Shown here one piece after another: positions 54,701 through 64,000 of a stretch of DNA of 64,000 nucleotides. The notes below the pieces were generated by a model. It was not told the origin of the DNA. It was given only the letters and a program-made list of their open reading frames with translations, and ran no database searches. Source of the stretch: Macrostomum lignano. Lineage: Eukaryota. The DNA lies in assembly GCA_002269645.1 (NCBI GenBank), contig NIVC01001126.1, positions 124,001 through 188,000 on the forward strand, read 5' to 3'. The position numbers were made by a program, and so were the translations under genes. Numbering within the stretch: position 1 is the first letter of the stretch; the number at the start of each line of letters is the position of its first letter.

Positions 54701-57700
54701 AGAGAGGGGGAGAGGGAGAGAGGGAGAGAGGGGGAGAGGGAGAGAGGAGAGAGAGGGGAGAGGGAGAGAGGGGAGAGGGAGAGAGGGAGAGAGGGGGAGA
54801 GGGAGAGAGGGAGAGAGGGGGAGAGGGAGAGAGGGAGAGAGGGAGAGAGAGAGGGAGAGAGGAGGGCACCTCCAATCTCAGGCACTGACACGGTAACGGT
54901 AGAGAGGACTGAACAAAGTCAGTTTAATTGAATTGCCGATATTTCGAAATTATTATATTTCTTCGTCAGGGCAAGTGAAGGGAGAGAGGGGGAGAGGAAG
55001 AGAGGGGGAGAGGGAGAGAGGGAGAGAGGGGGAGAGGCAGAGAGATGGGTTTTGGCAGCGACCGCACGCGGAACTCGTCAGCTGTACATGCTGACCGTGT
55101 TCTCGGTGTACATGTACACTCAACAGGAGCCAACCGGGCACTCACTCCAGCAGATGATCGAACGCTTGAAAATTGGTCCTCGCTTCGCAACGTTTCGTTG
55201 GAGTATCGGCCAAGTTGGTCTGAACTTGGCTGAGTGCCAACACCGTCTGCATGCCGCTGGGCGAGTTGATGCCGTACTCGCCAGGATAGGGGATCGTGTC
55301 CTGTCAACAGAAATCAATGGATTGCCTGTAAGCAGTGCCAGGCATTATCCTGGTGCACTTTGAGCGACATTGTCACACGACCGGCGAGAGGCATTGCTGC
55401 CCATTCCGCCGACTCCCCTGAGCAGGCATACAAGCGCGCGGATACGTACGCAGTCATACGCACAGGCACACACTCACACAGGAGTGTACAGCGGCCCTAA
55501 CTTTATTTATCGTTAGGCATGTACACTTCACTGTGCCTTGGGGTTGGTCCTCAATGCCGCTAATTGCAGGAGCAGAGCCCAGCCAAGATTCCAATTCAGC
55601 CCTAAATTAATGTGACTGCACTTGGAATCGAGCCTGGGCCGCTGGCACATCAGAGCGCCGCGCCAGACCACTGGGCTACGGCAGCGGGCTCATAGTAGCC
55701 TCTGATTGGTTGGTTTTTAAGTCACGTGACCTACAGGTCTGAAAATAAATAGCAAGTAACGTTTACTTTGTTTGTTTTGTAGGTAATCCTACTATGCGTA
55801 ATCCCAGGTCTTGATCTGAACAAAATATAGCAAATCTTTTATGGAAATTCAGATTCCTGGCTTAAGCTCCCATTGACACCATAATTTGCATCGCTAAATT
55901 AGCACTCGAAGATTTCTCCTGCCCGTGTCTGAAACCTTCAGCTAGAAGTTGGCGCAAATGAATATTCAACAGATTCTGGCTGTCATTGTTGCCGATAAAT
56001 CTCGGCTGTTGTGATTTAATTAAATGAACTGCATTGTAAAGAGCAAACACCTACATGGGATATGAGATTGATGCCTTGGTATCTGTGATGTTTCGGATTC
56101 ACGATAGGGTTTCCAGTTTTTGTAATGGGATGCCAGTTTGTGTAATGGGTTGCCAGTTTGTGTAATAGGTTGTTAGTTTGTGTAATGGGATGCCAGTTTG
56201 TGTAATGGGTTGCCAGTTTGTGTAATAGGTTGTTAGTTTGTGTAATGGGTTGTTAGTTTGTGTAATGGGATGCCAGTTTGTGTAATGGATTGTTAGTTTG
56301 TGTAATGAGTCGCCAGTTTGTGTAATGGGTTGCCAGTTTGTGTAATGGGTTGCCAGTTTGTGTAATGAGTTGCCAGTTTGTGTAATGGGTTGCCAGTTTG
56401 TGCAATGGGTTGCCAGTTTGTGTAATGAGTCGCCAGTTTGTGTAATGGGCGCCACATTGAGTGTGAGAGGCGCCATTTTGAGTGTGAGAGGCGCCACTTT
56501 GAGTGCGAGAGCCGCCACTTTCAGAGTGTGCAGGGAGGAGTCCTTTACACACCGGAAACGAGACAGCAACCAGAAATCATCATATAAACTGCAATGTTCT
56601 TTCTAACAGGCATACCAGCTAAAAATGAGCTCAAAGTTAAACTGAGTTCGCGGCCTTCATCCCAGGCCTCAGCATCATTTGAATACATCAGCGCATAATT
56701 TGACTCAAAAAAACATCTCCAGTAGCAAGCAGGAACAGCCGTAAGTCATTTTCAGCCACATCTTCCGGGCGGCGAGGAGGTTGCAAAAAAATTAATGAAT
56801 TTTCCTAGTGACCCGCATTTCTGCCTTAATAGCTCCTACGCACCGGGTCTGCAGTCCCCTGAGGCCGGCTTGAACTCTCTCGAAAAATTTGGCTCATTTG
56901 GTAGTGAATTTTATGAATTTATTCTCATTTTTACTTCTGGAGAAATTAGACAGAAAAAGGAACTCCTACGTAGGAGGAATATCCGGAACTGAAATACCCG
57001 GAACTGAAATACTCGGAACTGAAATACCCGGAACTGAAATACCCGGAACTGAAATACCCGGAACTGAAATACCCGGAACTGAAATACCCGGAACTGAAAT
57101 ACCCGGAACTGAAATACCCGGAACTGAAATACCCGGAACTGAAATACCCGGAACTGAAATACCCGGAACTGAAATACCCGGAACTGAAATACCCGGAACT
57201 GAAATACCCGGAACTGAAATACCCGGAACTGAAATACCCGGAACTGAAATACCCGGAACTGAAATACCCGGAACTGAAATACCCGGAACTGAAATACCCG
57301 GAACTGAAATACCCGGAACTGAAATACCCGGAACTGAAATACCCGGAACTGAAATACCCGGAACTGAAATACCCGGAACTGAAATACCCGGAACTGAAAT
57401 ACCCGGAACTGAAATACCCGGAACTGAAATACCCGGAACTGAAATACCCGGAACTGAAATACCCGGAACTGAAATACCCGGAACTGAAATACCCGGAACT
57501 GAAATACCCGGAACTGAAATACCCGGAACTGAAATACCCGGAACTGAAATACCCGGAACTGAAATACCCGGAACTGAAATACCCGGAACTGAAATACCCG
57601 GAACTGAAATACCCGGAACTGAAATACCCGGAACTGAAATACCCGGAACTGAAATACCCGGAACTGAAATACCCGGAACTGAAATACCCGGAACTGAAAT

Positions 57701-60700
57701 ACCCGGAACTGAAATACCCGGAACTGAAATACCCGGAACTGAAATACCCGGAACTGAAATACCCGGAACTGAAATACCCGGAACTGAAATACCCGAAACT
57801 GAAATACCCGGAACTGAAATACCCGGAACTGAAATACCCGGAACTGAAATACCCGGAACTGAAATACCCGGAACTGAAATACCCGGAACTGAAATACCCG
57901 GAACTGAAATACCCGGAACTGAAATACCCGGAACTGAAATACCCGGAACTGAAATACCCGGAACTGAAATACCCGGAACTGAAATACCCGGAACTGAAAT
58001 ACCCGGAACTGAAATACCCGGAACTGAAATACCCGGAACTGGACCAGACACCAGAGTGTGCAACTTCAACATTTGTCTTGATTCGTAGAAAGGTATGAAT
58101 GCCGCCTACGATTGTAGCTCGTATAGTTATCGGGAAGAAATATTGCAAGCGGCGGAAAGATTACACACAGCATGAAGTGTAGGATGCTACACAATAATTT
58201 TGTTACACTGCGTGCCCTTTTCTGTTTAGCTAAAGATAGAAACAGAAAAAAGCCAACAATATGGCTTGCCGCACACACACACACACTGATTATGGCACTT
58301 TGTCATTGCCGAATTGTCTGACTGATTTCTCTTTTCTTTTACGAGTACAAGCAGACCGTCTGGAAAAAATTGACTGACTTTGCAGGATCTAAATTGACTG
58401 CGTGACGGTGGCCGTCTGTGCCATGTTAATTAATTCAGTAATACAATCAGGTAATGTAGGGATCTAAAGACAGGTAAGTTTCCACCCTAAAAGACAGGTA
58501 GGTTGTCGCCCTAAAGACAGTAGGTTGTCGCCATAAAGACAGGTAGGTTGCCGCTCTAAAACAGGTAGGTTGCCGCTCTAAGGACAGGTAGGTTGCCGGT
58601 CTAAAGACAGGTAAGTTTCTGCCCTAAAGACAGGTAAGTTTCCGTCCTAAAGACAGGTAAGTTGACAGGTAAGTTTCCGTCCTAAAGACAGGTAAGTTGA
58701 CAGGTAAGTTTCCGTCCTAAAGACAGGTAGGTTGTCGCCCTAAAGACAGGTAAGTTTCCGCCGTAAAGACAGGTAGGTTGCCGCTCTAAGACAAGTAGGT
58801 TGTCGCCATAAAGACAGGTAGGTTGTCGCCCTAAAGACAGGTAGCTAGCCGCTCTAAAGACAGGTAGGTTGCCTCTCTAAAAACAGATACCCTCATCAGC
58901 GAGGGCAGTTTCAGCTTATACATAGATAAGAAATACAATATACAATTCAAAATGCAGCCACTACCCAAACCCCAAAGCGCAGACCAATAGTCCAGATTCC
59001 CTATACCAGTCTATCCCCCACACTTGTGCATCGCGTGCATTTTATTTCCATAAAGACTTAGTCGACCAGTTCTGCCAGAAAATCCCAATCTTCTCGCCAA
59101 CCTTCCCCTCGGGGAATCCGCAGAGACAACCGAGGGAGTCGAGTGGGGGGGGGAGAGAGGGGAAAAATGCGCACTGGCGTTTAAAAATCCCCAAGCCGAA
59201 AGAAAGTCTAAATAGATCAGCAGCAGCGCCTTGCGCAACTGCCGTCTTATAGCGATCGCGCGTCCCATATTCTAGACTGGGGATTTGATTTAATTTGTCC
59301 TTAGCAACTGAGTTGTGTTCTTTCCCGGCTGTGTTCTTCCTGGCCTGCTCTGCTCTCCGCGATCCTCTCCTGCCTCCATCTCCGTTTTAGAGCACCTCGG
59401 TGTTGGGTGAGCCAAGACTCGGACAGACTACCAGTATAAACCAGTATAAAGCAATCAGTTTAAATTTATACGGAGCAGCAGCTAACGATTGAGACCGAAA
59501 TTTTAGACTGGCATAGAGAAAAGACAAACAGAGACAAGTTAGACAGAGACATATAAAACAGAGATAAAACAGAGACAAGACAGGACATGCAGGGACAAGA
59601 TCGATAGATTTAAGACCATATGGATGAGACAGGACAGAGAAGACAGAAACGCGGCACAGAAGCGGGAGAAACTCAGACGACTTCAAGAGGGTAGGTCGTA
59701 GAAAAGCCAGTTCAAGATCGTAAGGTCTTCCTCCCCTTGCATTCTGACCCCTCTTGACTCGGCCTCGCGTTTGAGGTCACTCGCATTTCACTCTTGAAAA
59801 ATTCTTTTGAGGACGTTTATAGCTGCTCCAATTGAAAGCGATCTTGGAGGACACTTATTGAACAAGCCGATTTCGATTTTGATCTATGGCTAGTGGAACC
59901 TATGAAAGAAAAAACACCTTTGCAACTTGAAATAAGTTCTTGCCTAAAGAGCGCCAACTTGATGTCTAAGGAGCGTCTAAATTGATGCCTAAAGAGCGTC
60001 AGCATGATGTCTAAGGAGCGTCTAAATTGATGCCTAAAGAGCGTCAGCATGATGTCTAAGGAGCGTCTAAATTGATGCCTAAAGAGCGTCAGCATGATGT
60101 CTAAGGAGCGTCTAAATTGATGCCTAAAGAGCGCCAACATGATGTCTAAGGAGCGTCTAAATTGATGCCTAAAGAGCGTCAGCATGATGTCTAAGGAGCG
60201 TCTAAATTGATGCCTAAAGAGCGTCAGCATGATGTCTAAGGAGCGTCTAAATTGATGCCTAAAGAGCGTCAGCATGATGTCTAAGGAGCGTCTAAATTGA
60301 TGCCTAAAGAGCGTCAGCATGATGTCTATGGATCGTCAACATGATGTCTAAGAAACGTCAACATGATGTCTAACCGAACCTTTTGATGCACGGCAACCCT
60401 CAGGCCGCCAGTCTCCAGGCCCGTGGTGACGATCTCGCTATAGTAGTCGATGCTCTGCTTGACGTCAACACTCGGACTGTACAGGATGAGCACGAGGCCT
60501 TTCTCAACTCCGCTAGATTTAATCGATCGACTGTCGGCTTTAAACGAGAAACAATTGCCGTAGCCTCTGTGGTAGAAGACGGTGAAGTTGGCCTCGCTGC
60601 AGCGCTCCTGATTGTACTGGCAGTAGATCAGCATGTCGTAGATCCTGGCGCTGGCGGCGCTCATGTTGAACTTTGGCCACGAGTGCACCGCGTGCTCGAA

Positions 60701-61306
60701 ACTGGCGTAGGCAATTTTGATGGCCTTGACCCGGCCGGCCGATTCCTCTTGCTTCGGATGAGGACCGGACGAATCTGGAGTGGACGCGAACCCGTAGCCC
60801 AGCATGTAGCTGGCTGTGAAATAATCGCTAATCTCGCGCGATTCAGTTCTCAACGAGTCTGAGTTGAGCGTTAGAAACTTTTTCATCAACGGGTCGCAGA
60901 AAGTGACGTCCGGGAAGGTGAACTGGTTGGTGAGCAGTCTGGTGGTGCTGGACACCGGATAGGCTCTGAACAGGCTGATCTGCTTGTAGGTGTGCAGCGT
61001 GAGGCCGGTGACGGCTCCCAGGACTACGCAGCCCCACAGCAGGCGCAGCCACGGCACCTGCTGGGCAAAGAATCTGCCCAGACCGTGAGCCGAGGTCCTT
61101 CCAGCGAAGCCGTGCAAGTTGGTGTACAGCATCCGCTGCCGGTGATGATGCCGCAGCTTCCGTTCGCAGTCATTTGTTGTCGAGTCGACGAAGCTGCTTG
61201 TGCAGTCGCCTCCATCGCAGCGGAGGCCGAATGACTCCGTCAGCGGGTTCATGGTGGATTTGCGATGGGGTCGGATCGACATGGGAGGGTCAGAACCGAG
61301 CTTCAT
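51765..61306 (-). CDS. DEG/ENaC family channel, FaNaC-like (exons 61306-60380, 55300-55146, 53138-52297, 51994-51765; 717 aa; C-terminus may instead splice to 49765)
   Basis: FAGRTSAHG pre-TM1 motif, TM1, [41 protein letters not shown]|[12 protein letters not shown] (GxS filter); all four phases consistent. Confidence 0.92.
53508..53570. repeat. Degenerate telomere-like (CCCTAA)n tract
   Basis: ccctaaccctagccctaacc...taaccctgaccctaaccctg. Confidence 0.6.
53575..53842. repeat. (tagag/tagat)n pentamer-based satellite in channel intron 2
   Basis: Direct inspection. Confidence 0.95.
54135..55045. repeat. GA-rich polypurine tract in channel intron 2
   Basis: About 720 bp of almost pure G/A, resuming after a unique insert at about 54865-54975. 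Confidence 0.95.
55486..55684 (-). mobile_element. tRNA-derived SINE family B, CpG-intact copy
   Basis: A box TAGCCCAGTGG and B-box-like GGCTCGATTCC; 3' ataaataaag; homologous to 39200-39400. Confidence 0.75.
56112..56450. repeat. 20-bp minisatellite (tgccagtttgtgtaatgggt)n
   Basis: Direct inspection. Confidence 0.95.
56983..58040. repeat. 15-bp minisatellite (ccggaactgaaatac)n, about 70 copies, 2 substitutions
   Basis: Direct inspection; source of the (GTEIP)n ORF. Confidence 0.98.
58466..58885. repeat. 22-23-bp minisatellite (taaagacaggtaggttgccgcc)n
   Basis: Direct inspection. Confidence 0.92.
59940..60372. repeat. 45-bp minisatellite (dimer of gatgtctaaggagcgtc / gatgcctaaagagcgtc) starting at the channel intron 1 donor
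   Basis: Direct inspection; 15-aa periodic ORF. Confidence 0.95.
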
Positions 61307-61677
61307 ATATACGACTGGTTAATTCTATAAGATCGAGTCTGATTGGCTGCTAAAACTGAAGCCCAGCGAAGCCAAAATCGAGAAGAAAGGGGCCAAACAG
61401 GAATTTGAAATTCTAGCGAAGCTTTAATAAAGCCAGTCTGTCGCGTATCTTTACGTAAAAATGACTGCAGGAATGAATGGAAATATCGATAAAAGTAGCG
61501 TTTTTACCGAAACAGACTACTAAATCTTGCTTAAATTGTGCATAAATACTCATTAGAAATATCTAGAAGCACTTTAAAGATTGGTATCTACACGGTATCT
61601 ACTAAGATTGGTATCTACACTTTATAAAATAGCTGAGACTAAAAAGTAAATTTCAAGACAGGGTGGGTGTCTGAGAA

Positions 61678-62246
61678 CAGACAGGGACTGAGACAGGAAT
61701 AATTAGGGACTGAGACAGGGATAATTAGGGACTGAGACAGGGATAATTAGGGACTGAGACAGGGATAATTAGGGACTGAGACAGGGATAATTAGGGACTG
61801 AGACAGGGATAATTAGGGACTGAGACAGGGATAATTAGGGACTGAGACAGGGATAATTAGGGACTGAGACAGGGATAATTAGGGACTGAGACAGGAATAA
61901 TTAGGGACTGAGACAGGGATAATTAGGGACTGAGACAGGGATAATTAGGGACTGAGACAGGGATAATTAGGGACTGAGACAGGGATAATTAGGGACTGAG
62001 ACAGGGATAATTAGGGACTGAGACAGGGATAATTAGGGACTGAGACAGGGATAATTAGGGACTGAGACAGGGATAATTAGGGACTGAGACAGGGATAATT
62101 AGGGACTGAGACAGGGATAATTAGGGACTGAGACAGGGATAATTAGGGACTGAGACAGGGATAATTAGGGACTGAGACAGGGATAATTAGGGACTGAGAC
62201 AGGGATAATTAGGGACTGAGACAGGGATAATTAGGGACTGAGACAG
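61678..62246. repeat. 22-bp minisatellite (gggactgagacagggataatta)n, about 26 copies
   Basis: Direct inspection. Confidence 0.97.
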
Positions 62247-62259
62247 GAAAAATGCAGAG

Positions 62260-63725
62260 ACCATAAAAGTACACAGACCAGAGCAGTACACAGACCAGAG
62301 CAGTACACAGACCAGAACAGTACACAGATCAAAAACAGTACACAGATCAAAAACAGTACACAGATCATAGCAGCACACAGACCAAAACAGTACACAGATC
62401 AAAACAGTACACAGATCAAAACAGTACACAGACCAGAACAGTACACAGATCATAGCAGCACACAGACCAAAACAGTACACAGATCAAAACAGTACACAGA
62501 TCAAAAACAGTACACAGATCATAGCAGCACACAGACCAAAACAGTACACAGATCAAAACAGTACACAGATCAAAACAGTACACAGACCAGAACAGTACAC
62601 AGATCATAGCAGCACACAGACCAAAACAGTACACAGATCAAAACAGTACACAGATCAAAAACAGTACACAGATCATAGCAGCACACAGACCAAAACAGTA
62701 CACAGATCAAAACAGTACACAGATCAAAACAGTACACAGACCAGAACAGTACACAGATCAAAAACAGTACACAGAGCAGAGCAGTACACAGACCAAAACA
62801 GTACACAGATCAAAACAGTACACAGACTAGAACAGTACACAGATCAAAAACAGTACACAGAGCAGAGCAGTACACAGACCAAAACAGTACACAGATCAAA
62901 ACAGTACACAGACCAGAACAGTACACAGACCAGAAGAGTACACAGAGCAGAACAGTACACAGATAAAAACAGTACACAGAGCAGAACAGTACACATCAAA
63001 ACAGTACACTGAGCAGAACAGTACACAGACCAGAGCAGTACACAGACCAGAGCAGTACACATATCAAAACAGTACACATATCAAAACAGTACACAGAGCA
63101 GAACAGTACACAGAGCAGAGGAGTACACAGAGCAGAACAGTACACTGACCAGAGCAGTACACAGATAAAAGCAGCACACAGAGCAGAGCAGTACACAGAC
63201 CAGAGCAGTACACAGACCAGAGCAGTACACAGAGCAGAACAGTACACAGAGCAGAACAGTACACAGAGCAGAACAGTACACAGAGCAGAACAGTACACAG
63301 AGCAGAACAGTACACTGACCAGAGCAGTACACAGATAAAAGCAGCACACAGAGCAGAGCAGTACACAGAGCAGAGCAGTACACAGACCAGAGCAGTACAC
63401 AGAGCAGAGCAGTACACAGAGCAGAGCAGTACACAGACCAGAGCAGTACACAGAGCAGAGCAGTACACAGAGCAGAGCAGTACACAGACCAGAGCAGTAC
63501 ACAGAGCAGAGCAGTACACAGACCAGAGCAGTACACAGAGCAGAGCAGTACACAGAGCAGAGCAGTACACAGACCAGAGCAGTACACAGACCAGAACAGT
63601 ACACAGAGCAGAACAGTACACAGAGCAGAACAGTACACAGAGTATAACAGTACACAGACCAGAGCAGTACACAGAGCAAAACAGTTCACAGAGCAGAACG
63701 GTACACAGACCAGAACGGTTAGGCT
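62260..63725. repeat. 17-18-bp minisatellite (cagtacacagaccagag family)
   Basis: Direct inspection. Confidence 0.95.
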
Positions 63726-64000
63726 AAGACAAAGTAAGCTGTAAAAGAGTAGCAGAGGGAGACAACAGTTATATAGAATTGTAGAGAGAGATGCCAGAGG
63801 TTGAGAAGAATAGGAACGAATTAAAACACACACACACACACACACATATCTAGCTCGTATCGGCCATCGAAGGCGCCTAGAAAGGCAATGGAGGTGCCAA
63901 AAGCCCAAGCCTTAAGCTATATATACCTGCCTAATTAGTTTTCGTATGTTGGAGTAGGTTTTCTCATGCACAGCGGCATTGTGATGCTCATTTTTGGGGT

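Noticed and set aside
56889-58148. 399-400-aa ORFs (GTEIP)n / (SSGYF)n, and similar long periodic ORFs at 9050-9868, 19346-22137, 35134-36807, 46837-51764, 54072-54931 and 62187-63908
   Set aside because: Translations of tandem repeats lacking stop codons; many lie inside introns of genes reconstructed here, and none has a domain signal.
59000-59820. LTR- or DIRS-like GC-richer segment in channel intron 1
   Set aside because: No paired repeat, PBS, PPT or coding remnant was identified.

Overview
Animal genomic DNA: spliced GT-AG genes with GC-rich exons, in a background full of minisatellites. The style suggests a free-living flatworm such as Macrostomum, but that is inference only. Host genes I can reconstruct exon by exon are MTERF3 (+), glycerol kinase (+), a class A GPCR (-), JNK (-), a 3-exon hypothetical gene (-), a DEG/ENaC channel resembling FaNaC (-) and two identical tRNA-Trp(CCA) genes. 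There is also an orphan C2H2 exon and a PHD-finger remnant. Mobile DNA includes a 3,280-bp P-element/THAP9-like transposon with a perfect 8-bp TSD that splits the GPCR in TM1. Also present: a 5'-truncated Penelope element whose inverted terminal copy holds a minimal hammerhead ribozyme core, two tRNA-derived SINE families, LINE RT and RNase H remnants, and several MITEs. One MITE is triplicated inside a minisatellite. Nearly every longer intron carries its own private minisatellite. The least expected signal is a patchwork of hypermutated domains in which repeats have lost CpG and also CpA/TpG (to TpA), a RIP-like spectrum. Most long ORFs in the supplied track are artefacts of tandem repeats. 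All counts and alignments were made by eye.
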